Position numbers and translations under genes: made by a program. 64,000 nucleotides of DNA. Source: an uncultured Chloroflexia bacterium (GTDB taxonomy: Bacteria > Chloroflexota > Anaerolineae > Anaerolineales > E44-bin32). This document shows, piece by piece, positions 8,949 to 16,820 of this stretch; position 1 is the stretch's first letter; every line of letters starts with the position of its first letter. The notes below the pieces were generated by a model. The model had not been told where the DNA came from. It saw only the letters and a program-made list of their open reading frames with translations, and did no database searches. Location of the stretch: positions 648,826 through 712,825 of the forward strand of contig CAVPZJ010000006.1 in NCBI GenBank assembly GCA_963710255.1, read 5' to 3'.

Positions 8949-8976
8949 ATTATATAGAAGTTCTCCGATGTGTCAA
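8949..8976 (-). promoter_or_regulatory. sigma-70-type promoter upstream of rpoC
   Basis: Minus strand TTGACA (8971-8976), a 16-nt spacer, then TATAAT (8949-8954). Confidence 0.5.
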
Positions 8977-9035
8977 GGTCAGGGGCCAAGCCCATCAGAA
9001 AGACCCGCAGCATGATTTATGTAAAGCAAGTGCGC

Positions 9036-10031
9036 TCAGGACTCCTTTGTGCGCTTTAAAGGACCGCTCCACGCACCGGGGAACAGCTCAAGCGATTTTT
9101 CTGCCGCACTGACGATATGCTCGTCACGGTCAAAACGGAGCTTGCGGATGGCCGCCTGCGCCTCTGCCGTGTGCCATTCCACCAGCCGCAGCAAGGCGAC
9201 CATGCGTGAACGGCTGTTGTCGGATTGGACCGATTGTCCGTCCTCGACCAGGTAGCCGATGCGAGGTTCAGAGACGATTTCGATTAGCGCGCGGATCGCC
9301 AACGGGTGATTAATGCGGGCGATGGTTTGGACCGATTCGTGCGAGCGATCCAACTCGGCCAGGCGCATTGCCCGGAAGCGATGAATCTGGATGACCGTCA
9401 TGATGGCCAATTCACGTACAAGCGGGTCATCATCCTCCATCGCGGCCGTGACCTCCTGCAGTGCCGCATCATCCTGCGCCATGCCCTGGCGATTGGCGAA
9501 GGTTACGGCTTCCCGCAACCGGTTTCCGGGATCACTGCCGCGCAAATCAAAATCGGTCCTCGCCCTCTCGACCAGGCGGGCCGCTGGGGTTTTTACTTCG
9601 TACTGCGCTTCTTGCTCGGGAAGCGGCCGCTGGTCCGCCGGTAGGTCAAGCAGGTGCAAAGCTTGCTCGACGATCGGGGTGATGAGCGGCTCGTTGAGTT
9701 CCAACAGCTCGTTCAAGAAACTGCGCAAGCTGGCCACCCCCGGCTGCTGCATTACAGCGCGAGCCCGGGTGCGCCAGGTGTTCACCTCTTCCGCGATGGC
9801 CTGCTGCTTGACCCGGAGCGCTTTCTGCTCTTCGCGCAACCGGGCCCGCTCCTCTTCCTCGGCCTCAAGCATGCGGCGGCCGAGTTCATCCAGCTCATCG
9901 CTGAGCTCGATAAACGATTTCTGGATCGAGCTCGCTTTCCTCTCGACTGCCTGCTGTACCTGACGCAGACCTATACCGATCGCCAAGATCTTCCTCCCAG
10001 GTGTTCGCCTGCCCCGAGAATGAACTGACAA
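9036..10031 (-). CDS. hypothetical protein: N-terminal charged coiled coil plus a HEAT/ARM-like helical C-terminal half
   Basis: Long ORF with coding-like composition. It has an EEEERARLREEQKALRVKQQAIAEE coiled coil and ..DDPLVRELAIMTVIQ..HPLAIRALIEIV.. helical repeats. No family recognised. The start is uncertain: the TTG at 9986 has a GGAGG RBS. Confidence 0.6.
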   Translation of the reverse strand: MSVHSRGRRTPGRKILAIGIGLRQVQQAVERKASSIQKSFIELSDELDELGRRMLEAEEEERARLREEQKALRVKQQAIAEEVNTWRTRARAVMQQPGVASLRSFLNELLELNEPLITPIVEQALHLLDLPADQRPLPEQEAQYEVKTPAARLVERARTDFDLRGSDPGNRLREAVTFANRQGMAQDDAALQEVTAAMEDDDPLVRELAIMTVIQIHRFRAMRLAELDRSHESVQTIARINHPLAIRALIEIVSEPRIGYLVEDGQSVQSDNSRSRMVALLRLVEWHTAEAQAAIRKLRFDRDEHIVSAAEKSLELFPGAWSGPLKRTKES

Positions 10032-10258
10032 GAGTGCGGGTTGAAAACGTATTGATGAACGGCGAGCTCCTGGTTGATCAAGGCCAACTCGGTCTCAACA
10101 TCCAGCTATGATCCACCACTTATGCGAAAGTATAGATAAGGTCATGGGTTGCGTCAACAGTATTCATCCTTGCTCAAGATGGTGTACCCGGCACAACGAT
10201 TGCCCCGCTACCCTGCCGCCAATACAATAACCCGCCCAGGGTCAAGGAGGAAGGCAGC

Positions 10259-11017
10259 ATGTTCGATGGCAAGGTTCGACCCCAGTTTCTAACAGCGGAT
10301 GGTTCACGCAGCGTGCCAGCATTGACCGGGAGCGAGATGGCGGAAGTGGATCGCCTGGCGGTAGAAGTTTACCAACTCGGCATATTGCAAATGATGGAGA
10401 ACGCCGGCCGCAGCCTGGCGCTTCAAGCCCTGGAAATGGCCCGACCGCGTCCCTTCCAGGCGACCATCCTGGTCGGTCCTGGGGGGAATGGTGGAGGGGG
10501 ACTCAGCTGTGCCCGCCACCTGCACAACCACGGTGTCCGCGTGTCCTTTGTGCTGGCCCAGCTGCCCGGGGAGATGCGTCCCGCAGCAGTGAACCAGCTC
10601 CAGATCCTGCAATCCGCCGGCTTGAAGCCGGTGCCCGATCCAGATGCTGCCAAGGCTATCTCCCAGGCGGACATCGTCATCGACGCGTTGCTCGGGTACG
10701 GGCTCGCAGGTCCTCCGCTCGGACGGATCGCAGATCTCATCCAGCTCGCGAATGATTCCGGGGCAGCGGTCCTCGCCCTCGATCTCCCCTCTGGATTGGA
10801 CGCCACCAGCGCTGAACGACCGGGACAGGTCATTCACCCAACCAGGACGTTGACCCTGGCCTTGCCCAAGACCGGATTACGGGGGGTCCCAGGGCGGCTG
10901 TTCCTGGCCGACATTGGCATCCCCTACGAGTTGTACCAGTCCCTCGGCATCCAGACCCCGGCGCTGTTTGACGGGCAGTTTGCGTTTGAGCTGGATCCAG
11001 CAGGCCGCGCGGCGTAA
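10259..11017 (+). CDS. nnrE: NAD(P)H-hydrate epimerase (YjeF N-terminal domain only)
   Basis: [24 protein letters not shown] and LDLPSGLD motifs, with AAGGAGG before the ATG. Confidence 0.8.
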   Translation: MFDGKVRPQFLTADGSRSVPALTGSEMAEVDRLAVEVYQLGILQMMENAGRSLALQALEMARPRPFQATILVGPGGNGGGGLSCARHLHNHGVRVSFVLAQLPGEMRPAAVNQLQILQSAGLKPVPDPDAAKAISQADIVIDALLGYGLAGPPLGRIADLIQLANDSGAAVLALDLPSGLDATSAERPGQVIHPTRTLTLALPKTGLRGVPGRLFLADIGIPYELYQSLGIQTPALFDGQFAFELDPAGRAA

Positions 11018-11066
11018 ACATGGTGATTCATTTCGCGCTCGGCGCCGTTCCTGTATAATCCTTGCC

Positions 11067-12095
11067 GTGAGCCAAGAAGAGCGCGTCGTCTCCCCCATCC
11101 CACAGGATGAGGATTATTCCGAGCCAACCCTGCGTCCGCGGTTTTTACACGAGATGCTCGGCCAGGACCGAGTAAAGGAAAATCTCGCCATCCTGCTCCA
11201 GGCTGCTAAAGCGCGCGGCGAAGCGCTTGATCATGTGCTCTTCTACGGACCGCCTGGCCTGGGGAAGACGACCCTGGCCCATATCCTCAGCACGGAAATG
11301 GCGGTCGGGCTTAAGGTGACCTCGGGGCCAGCCATTGAACGGGCCGGTGATCTCGCCGCGATCCTGACCAATTTGCAGGCCGGCGACATCCTCTTCATCG
11401 ACGAAATTCACCGCCTCGGCCGAGCAGTGGAAGAGATCCTCTACCCGGCCATGGAGGACTTCGCGCTCGATCTCACGATCGGCAAAGGCCCTAGCGCCCG
11501 CTCGCTCCGCCTGAGCCTGCCCCATTTTACGGTGGTCGGAGCGACGACCCGCCTGGCGCTGCTCACAGCGCCGCTGAGAGCACGCTTTGGGGCTATCCAC
11601 CGCCTCGATTTCTACGACGAGGACTCGATGGCGGCGATTGTCGAACGCGCAGCGGGGGTCCTGGCCGTTGAAATCGACGACGAGGGTACCCTGGAGATCG
11701 CCTGCCGGGCACGTGGCACACCCAGGGTCGCCCTGCGCCTCTTGCGGCGTGTGCGCGATTTCGCCGAGGTCCGGGCCGACGGCAAGATCACACGCCTCGT
11801 CGCGCATGAGGCCCTCGACCTGCTTGACATCGACCAGCTGGGGCTTGATGATTCGGACCGGCGGGTTTTGAAAACCATCATCGAGAAGTTCCAGGGTGGC
11901 CCGGTAGGGCTGCAAACAATCTCGGCTTCGATTAGCGAAGAGCCCGACACCGTGATGGATGTCATCGAACCCTACCTGCTCCAGCTCGGCTTCCTCGATC
12001 GGACACCCCAGGGTCGCGTGGCCACGGCGCTCGCCTACCAGCATCTCGATCTCGCACCCCCGGCTGCACCGCAAGCCAGGCTGCCAGAGCTTTAA
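11067..12095 (+). CDS. ruvB: Holliday junction branch migration helicase RuvB
   Basis: [19 protein letters not shown].., Walker [12 protein letters not shown], Walker [11 protein letters not shown], and [16 protein letters not shown]. The in-frame GTG at 11067 avoids overlap with nnrE. Confidence 0.93.
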   Translation: MSQEERVVSPIPQDEDYSEPTLRPRFLHEMLGQDRVKENLAILLQAAKARGEALDHVLFYGPPGLGKTTLAHILSTEMAVGLKVTSGPAIERAGDLAAILTNLQAGDILFIDEIHRLGRAVEEILYPAMEDFALDLTIGKGPSARSLRLSLPHFTVVGATTRLALLTAPLRARFGAIHRLDFYDEDSMAAIVERAAGVLAVEIDDEGTLEIACRARGTPRVALRLLRRVRDFAEVRADGKITRLVAHEALDLLDIDQLGLDDSDRRVLKTIIEKFQGGPVGLQTISASISEEPDTVMDVIEPYLLQLGFLDRTPQGRVATALAYQHLDLAPPAAPQARLPEL

Positions 12096-12113
12096 AGGGC
12101 TAAATAGATCGGG

Positions 12114-12344
12114 ATGGATCTGCACTCGATCGGACGGGGTGTGTTCCTCGCAGGCCTGCTCCTGGTCGTCCTGGGGGGCGTGCTCTGGCTGCTGGCGGGC
12201 AGCGGGATCCCGCTCGGCCGCCTGCCGGGGGATTTCCGCTTCGAGCGCGGCGGTATCTCTTGTTTCATCCCGCTGGCGAGTTCCCTCATCATCAGCCTCG
12301 TGCTGACGCTGCTCATCAACCTCGTGCTGCGTGCCCTGAAATAG
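12114..12344 (+). CDS. DUF2905-family small membrane protein
   Basis: Two TM segments with the typical ..LPGDFRFERGG.. core, in the usual position between ruvB and queA. Confidence 0.75.
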   Translation: MDLHSIGRGVFLAGLLLVVLGGVLWLLAGSGIPLGRLPGDFRFERGGISCFIPLASSLIISLVLTLLINLVLRALK

Positions 12345-12349
12345 CCACC

Positions 12350-13369
12350 GTGCGGACTGACGATTTCGACTACGCTCTCCCAAAAACCTCCATCGCCCAG
12401 CGGCCAGCCGTGCCGCGTGATGCTTCCCGGCTCCTGGTGCTGGAGCGTGCTACCAACCACGTGGAGCACGCTGTTTTCCGCGATCTTCCGGGGTACCTCG
12501 CGGAAGGCGACCTGCTTGTGCTCAACGAGACCCGCGTTCTGCCGGCCAGGCTGCGAGTGAAGAAGCTGCCCGGCGGGGGCCGAGCCGAGCTCCTGCTGCT
12601 GCGTTCACGGACCCCGAGAGAATGGGAGGTGATTGTCGGGGGGAAAGGCCTGCGCCCGGGAGTTGCGGTCGAGCTGCCGGATCACAGCACAGCCGTCATA
12701 GGCGAGGATTTGGGTGGTTCCCGCCGCATCGTCGAATTCGATGCACCGATTCAGTCGCGCCTGGAAACGATTGGGGAAATGCCGCTTCCTCCTTATATTC
12801 ACGAACCGCTTCGCACCACGGATGAATACCAGACCGTTTTTGCGCGGGATCCTGGTTCCGCCGCAGCCCCGACGGCAGGGCTGCATTTCACACAGGATCT
12901 GCTGCAGTCGCTTGGTAAGAGCGGGATCGAGGTCGCCCGCGTGACGCTTCATGTCGGTCTGGATACTTTCGCCCCGGTATTGGAGGAAGATCCACGCCAG
13001 CACGCCTTGCACAGCGAGTGGTGTTCCGTTTCTGCAGAAACCGCCGAACAGATCAACCAAACCCGCCGGCAAGGGGGACGCATCATCGCCGTCGGGACGA
13101 CGTCCGTGCGCACGCTTGAAAGCGCAGTCCGCGCCGGGCGAACTGGGCAAGTCGAGGTTTTTGAAGGGCCGACCGATCTCTTCATCCTGCCGGGGTTCAG
13201 GTTCCTGGCGGTCGATGGCCTCATCACAAACTTTCACCTGCCCCGCTCCACGCTGCTCATGCTGGTCTCGGCCTTCGCGGGGAGAGCGCGCGTGCTATCG
13301 CTCTACCAGGATGCTATCCAACGTGGATACCGCTTCTACTCGTTCGGTGATGCGATGTTAATCCTTTGA
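12350..13369 (+). CDS. queA: S-adenosylmethionine:tRNA ribosyltransferase-isomerase
   Basis: DFDYALPKTSIAQRP, LNETRVLPARL, GTTSVRTLES and ITNFHLPRSTLLMLV. The GTG start at 12350 lies just after the DUF2905 stop. Confidence 0.93.
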   Translation: MRTDDFDYALPKTSIAQRPAVPRDASRLLVLERATNHVEHAVFRDLPGYLAEGDLLVLNETRVLPARLRVKKLPGGGRAELLLLRSRTPREWEVIVGGKGLRPGVAVELPDHSTAVIGEDLGGSRRIVEFDAPIQSRLETIGEMPLPPYIHEPLRTTDEYQTVFARDPGSAAAPTAGLHFTQDLLQSLGKSGIEVARVTLHVGLDTFAPVLEEDPRQHALHSEWCSVSAETAEQINQTRRQGGRIIAVGTTSVRTLESAVRAGRTGQVEVFEGPTDLFILPGFRFLAVDGLITNFHLPRSTLLMLVSAFAGRARVLSLYQDAIQRGYRFYSFGDAMLIL

Positions 13370-13398
13370 TTGACATCCGCCCGGCACTGTGCGATACT
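13370..13398 (+). promoter_or_regulatory. candidate promoter immediately after the queA stop
   Basis: TTGACA (13370-13375), a 17-nt spacer ending in TGc (extended -10), then GATACT (13393-13398). Confidence 0.4.
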
Positions 13399-13449
13399 CC
13401 CAACACGACAAGGTAATCTCTTCCAATGCAATCTCAAACGGAGGAGGTG

Positions 13450-13509
13450 ATGCCCATGGATCATTCTTATGACCAACGTGCTGCGGCGTCCCTCCTCCTG
13501 AATGGATAG
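13450..13509 (+). CDS. candidate small ORF (MPMDHSYDQRAAASLLLNG, or 17 aa from the second ATG at 13456)
   Basis: GGAGGAGG SD at 13440-13447, and TAG at 13507-13509. No homology recognisable. It could equally be the 3' UTR of queA. Confidence 0.25.
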   Translation: MPMDHSYDQRAAASLLLNG

Positions 13510-13521
13510 GGACGCCGCAGC
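13480..13521. terminator. perfect 13-bp hairpin overlapping the sORF 3' end
   Basis: GCTGCGGCGTCCC (13480-13492) pairs with GGGACGCCGCAGC (13509-13521). No U-tract on either strand. Confidence 0.5.
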
Positions 13522-13525
13522 GCAC

Positions 13526-13555
13526 CAGAGAGCCGCCTCAACAGGCGGCTCTCTG
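13526..13555. terminator. perfect 13-bp hairpin with a 4-nt loop in the convergent intergenic region
   Basis: CAGAGAGCCGCCT-caac-AGGCGGCTCTCTG. Confidence 0.55.
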
Positions 13556-13616
13556 CCTTAACGCCGGGATAACTTCGAAAAAATGGGAGACTAGTTTCGC
13601 CGAGGGCTCGAGGATC

Positions 13617-14072
13617 TCAGGCGATAAACTGGAGCAGATAGGCCAGCCCGGAGATGATAGCGACTGTGCCGACCTGGATGACGAACAAGAACAGGATGGT
13701 GTTCCGCCGGTCCAGCTGCGCGCTAATCCCGCCGGCAAGGGCATAGTAGGCACTCATGCTGACCCAGCCCAGGAATGGTGCGACGTTTGAATTAAACAAC
13801 CAGGCCCAGCCGCGTGCGATCGCGCGCAGCATGAACCACACCCATTCCGGATCACAGGCGCTGAACGGGTCGGGCGCCAATCTCAAGTGGCGCACCCCTT
13901 CACGGCAGGCTTCATCCGATCCGATGAGGATCTCTGCCACGCCCGCTTCTACCAGGAAGAGCGAAAGCGCGATCAGGGCGCCGACCAGGAAATCACGCTC
14001 GCGCCGGCCCAGGTTCGACGCCTCCAGCCTCCGGCGCGGTAGGGTCTCTCCCCCTTCTGGGTTAAGCTTCAT
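13617..14072 (-). CDS. hypothetical integral membrane protein
   Basis: Three or four hydrophobic segments. Its start overlaps the pfkA stop, which suggests coupling. No family recognised. Confidence 0.55.
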   Translation of the reverse strand: MKLNPEGGETLPRRRLEASNLGRRERDFLVGALIALSLFLVEAGVAEILIGSDEACREGVRHLRLAPDPFSACDPEWVWFMLRAIARGWAWLFNSNVAPFLGWVSMSAYYALAGGISAQLDRRNTILFLFVIQVGTVAIISGLAYLLQFIA

Positions 14073-15157
14073 GCATCCCCCAGGTAGATGCCGAGGTTGC
14101 GCGCGGTGAGGATGGCATCCCCGTTAAGGTTTACCCGCTTGGGCACTCGAATCGCATCCTCCAGCGCGACGTCCCCAATCTGCATGCCGCGCAAAGATAC
14201 CATCCGGCCAAACTTCCCTTCGAGGGCGAGGCGGACCGAAGCCGCACCATAACGGGTCGCCAACCAGCGGTCGAACGCCGTGGGCTGTCCGCCTCGCTGC
14301 AGGTGCCCGAGCACGGTCACCCGGCTTTCAAACCCGCAATCTTGCGTGACATAGCGGCTTACGACCTCCCCCATCCCTCCCAACCTGCCTGCCTCGGCCG
14401 GGCTGCCTCGTTCCTTGTAGGTGGGTTCCCCACCACGTGGGAACGCGCCTTCAGCGACCGCCACGATGCTGAAGTGCCGCCCGCTGGCATCACGCTTCAT
14501 GACCGTTTGCTTGATACCTTCGAAGACAAACGGGATTTCCGGGATGAGGATCACGTCGGCGCCGCCGGCTACGCCGGCATGCAGCGCGATAAAGCCGGCA
14601 TCCCGCCCCATCAATTCCAGCACCATCACCCGGTGGTGGGATTCAGCCGTCGTGTGGAGTTTATCGATCGCGTCGGTGGCCGTGGCAACGGCGGTGTCGA
14701 ACCCGAAACTCATGTCCGTACCGCCGATATCGTTGTCGATCGTCTTGGGCACGCCGACGATCGCACATCCTTTTTGCATGAGCTCGCAGCTTATCCTGAG
14801 GGTTCCGTCCCCCCCGACGACGATCAGCCCATCGAGCTTTAGCTCCTGGATGCGTTCGACGACCTGGTCGGACACATCCAGGATCATTTCCTGCCCATCG
14901 CGGACGACGCTGCGAGCGAAGGGGTTTCCCCGGTTGGCAGCGCCGAGGATCGTCCCGCCCCGCGGCAGGATCCCCTGGACGCGATCCGGGGTGAGTTCGA
15001 GCGTCGTACCGCCCTCCAGCAAACCATCAAACCCATGTTCGATCCCGATCACCTGGCAATCGCCGATGCCATAGGCCGTCTTCACCGCTGCGCGGATGAC
15101 GGCGTTCAGCCCGGGCGCATCACCGCCGCCGGTCAGGATTCCAAGGCGGGTTGTCAT
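14069..15157 (-). CDS. pfkA: 6-phosphofructokinase (PfkA family; ATP or PPi donor not resolvable)
   Basis: LGILTGGGDAPGLNAVIRA, VVGGDGTL, PKTIDNDI and MGRDAGFIAL. The ATG at 15155-15157 is preceded by GGGGGAGG. Confidence 0.9.
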   Translation of the reverse strand: MTTRLGILTGGGDAPGLNAVIRAAVKTAYGIGDCQVIGIEHGFDGLLEGGTTLELTPDRVQGILPRGGTILGAANRGNPFARSVVRDGQEMILDVSDQVVERIQELKLDGLIVVGGDGTLRISCELMQKGCAIVGVPKTIDNDIGGTDMSFGFDTAVATATDAIDKLHTTAESHHRVMVLELMGRDAGFIALHAGVAGGADVILIPEIPFVFEGIKQTVMKRDASGRHFSIVAVAEGAFPRGGEPTYKERGSPAEAGRLGGMGEVVSRYVTQDCGFESRVTVLGHLQRGGQPTAFDRWLATRYGAASVRLALEGKFGRMVSLRGMQIGDVALEDAIRVPKRVNLNGDAILTARNLGIYLGDA

Positions 15158-15197
15158 GTCCCAACCTCCCCCTCGCTCCATCGGTGTTCTGATTTGC

Positions 15198-16469
15198 TCA
15201 TGGCAGATCCCAGAAGGCGATCTCACGGACCCGAGCAGTGAAGTTTGGCGTGCTCCCGGAACTCACGAACAGGCCGAACAAGCCATCCGCATAGGTCGCA
15301 TCTGTGATCTGGCGCAGGAAGGTGCCTTCAGCGTAAAGGCTGATCTCATCTCCAGCAGCCCACACGCCAATCCTGCGCGGGCTTTCTGGGCCGACCGGGA
15401 TGCTCGGATGGGAAGTCCAGGTCGTCAGGTTGGTCATGTGCGCCCCATCCCAGACGCGCAGGACGTATTCACCGCTGCAGCTGACCCCGAACAAATACCC
15501 CTTATTCGAGGTCGGAGCCCGGAACATCAACCCGAACGCATCACGACCCGAACAGCTTCCGAAGTCGGCCGTCGCCTCCAGATAGAAGTTCTCCGCCTCT
15601 CTCCAGGACATGATCCAGCCGTTGTAGAAGTTGGGGTTGAAGGCCGTCATGATCAGCTCTCCTTCCCCAAGCTCGAACCGGACGTGGCTATCCGCATAGA
15701 GCCCCCAGTCGCCGCTATCTTCAAAGTGGTCGATCCAGGTCGGGTCCTTGAGGGCGCCGCGTGGGTCATCGCTACCGAGTGTAGCCGTGGGCACCGCTGT
15801 GACGGTCGGGGATGGGGTTGGGGACGAGGCAGGGGTTTCGGTCGCCGTGGCTTCCGGGGTAGCTGTCGCGGTCGGGGTCGGACCGATATACTCTGGATAG
15901 AACTGGAAATCCCAGGCAAACGAGATATCGGATCTCAACTCGGATCCACCGAGTTCAACATCCTGCCTGATGGATCCGGTCGAATCCTCCGATGCCGGGT
16001 AGGTCCACCTCCCAGGCAGCAGCTGGCTTGCGTTGCGGGCGCTGTTCGGGTCGATCATGACGCAGTACTTGCCAGCGCCAAGCCCGGCGAAGAGGAAGAT
16101 CCCATCCTCGCCCGTTACCGTCGTATCCGCGCCAGTGGACGGGCATTCGCCGGCCCCTAGCGAGAGCTCGATCCCGGAGAGGCTCTCCTCACCGCCATCC
16201 AGCCTGCCATTTCCCTCCAGTGCGCCCGTGTTCGGATTTTGTATGCAACCTGGGGGCGGTGTATCGGGCAACGGCTCACCCTGCGGCGGGGCGGCACAGC
16301 GGTCATGCCAGACACGCCCGGCGATGCCGCTGCTTCCAGGAGGGGATTGCCCCCCAGGGGATGGCTCATCGGTGACGGCGGGTGTTCCTAAAGTGCAGGC
16401 AAGTGAGGCAGCCAGTAAGCTGGAAAGGACCAGGAAGAACTTGTACGAGCGGCCTGCGTTGATGAACAT
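15198..16469 (-). CDS. secreted lipoprotein: SdrD-B/Cna-B-like fold, a Pro/Thr linker, and a C-terminal jelly-roll (LamG/DUF1080-like) domain
   Basis: Lipobox LAASLAC. GIAGRVWHD..GIELSLGAG..TVTGEDGIFLFAGLGAGKYCV is Cna-B-like. Linker PTPTATATPEATATETPASSPTPSPT. The C-terminal domain resembles the product of 46151-46816. Confidence 0.65.
   Translation of the reverse strand: MFINAGRSYKFFLVLSSLLAASLACTLGTPAVTDEPSPGGQSPPGSSGIAGRVWHDRCAAPPQGEPLPDTPPPGCIQNPNTGALEGNGRLDGGEESLSGIELSLGAGECPSTGADTTVTGEDGIFLFAGLGAGKYCVMIDPNSARNASQLLPGRWTYPASEDSTGSIRQDVELGGSELRSDISFAWDFQFYPEYIGPTPTATATPEATATETPASSPTPSPTVTAVPTATLGSDDPRGALKDPTWIDHFEDSGDWGLYADSHVRFELGEGELIMTAFNPNFYNGWIMSWREAENFYLEATADFGSCSGRDAFGLMFRAPTSNKGYLFGVSCSGEYVLRVWDGAHMTNLTTWTSHPSIPVGPESPRRIGVWAAGDEISLYAEGTFLRQITDATYADGLFGLFVSSGSTPNFTARVREIAFWDLP
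15807..15834 (+). other. canonical G-quadruplex motif on the template strand of the lipoprotein gene
   Basis: GGGG-AT-GGGG-TT-GGGG-ACGAGGCA-GGGG, read directly from the sequence. Confidence 0.5.
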
Positions 16470-16540
16470 GGCGGCACCTCGCCCTATCTTGGCTATCCAT
16501 GCGACACCCGGTTAGCCCGAACCCAACAGTCCGGTTAATC

Positions 16541-16571
16541 GAAAAACCCATCGCCACTATAGCATGGCGAT
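16541..16571 (-). terminator. rho-independent terminator after tRNA-Glu
   Basis: 7-bp stem ATCGCCA/TGGCGAT (16550-16556 with 16565-16571), followed on the minus strand by GGGTTTTTC. Confidence 0.65.
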
Positions 16572-16591
16572 AGGCTCGATGAAAGCTAGAG

Positions 16592-16664
16592 TGCCCCCAC
16601 GGGGTTTCGAACCCCGGTTTCGGCCTTGAGAGGGCCGCGTCCTGGGCCACTAGACGATGGGGGC
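16592..16664 (-). tRNA. tRNA-Glu (anticodon CUC); CCA not encoded
   Basis: The reverse complement, GCCCCCATCGTCTAGTGGCCCAGGACGCGGCCCTCTCAAGGCCGAAACCGGGGTTCGAAACCCCGTGGGGGCA, folds as a cloverleaf. The acceptor is GCCCCCA/TGGGGGC, the anticodon loop is CTCTCAA, and the T-loop is TTCGAAA. Confidence 0.9.
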
Positions 16665-16743
16665 AACGGTCGAAATTCTACCATCGCGCCAAGCATGGGT
16701 CAATGATAGCGTGGTTACAGCGCACATTGCAGGGCAAGCAACA

Positions 16744-16771
16744 TCGACTGCTTGAACCCGCATGCTATAAT
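16744..16771 (+). promoter_or_regulatory. candidate promoter for the radical-SAM pair
   Basis: TCGACT, a 16-nt spacer, then TATAAT (16766-16771), about 50 nt upstream of the ATG at 16821. Confidence 0.35.
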
Positions 16772-16820
16772 ATTGCGAATACTTTTGTCCGATTAAATTC
16801 GCGTTGCGCAGGAAGCATCC

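Noticed and set aside
10914-11066. The 5' extension of ruvB (ORF-track start at 10914) overlapping nnrE by about 100 nt.
   Set aside because: The extension is not RuvB-like sequence and overlaps the well-supported nnrE C-terminus in another frame. Conserved RuvB sequence starts after the GTG at 11067.
12260-12349. The queA ORF-track start at 12260 overlapping the DUF2905 gene.
   Set aside because: The conserved QueA N-terminus (DFDYALP) follows the GTG at 12350. The upstream part overlaps a credible small membrane protein gene in another frame.
11145-12383. 412-aa ORF antisense to ruvB. Similar long antisense ORFs are 24870-26177 (+), 28545-29825 (-), 15096-16160 (+), 42690-43898 (+), 51185-52294 (-) and 59836-60741 (+).
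   Set aside because: Each lies opposite a gene with clear family motifs. Their translations are Arg/Pro/Gly/Ala-rich low-complexity sequence with no recognisable motifs, as expected for shadow ORFs in a genome of about 60-65% GC.
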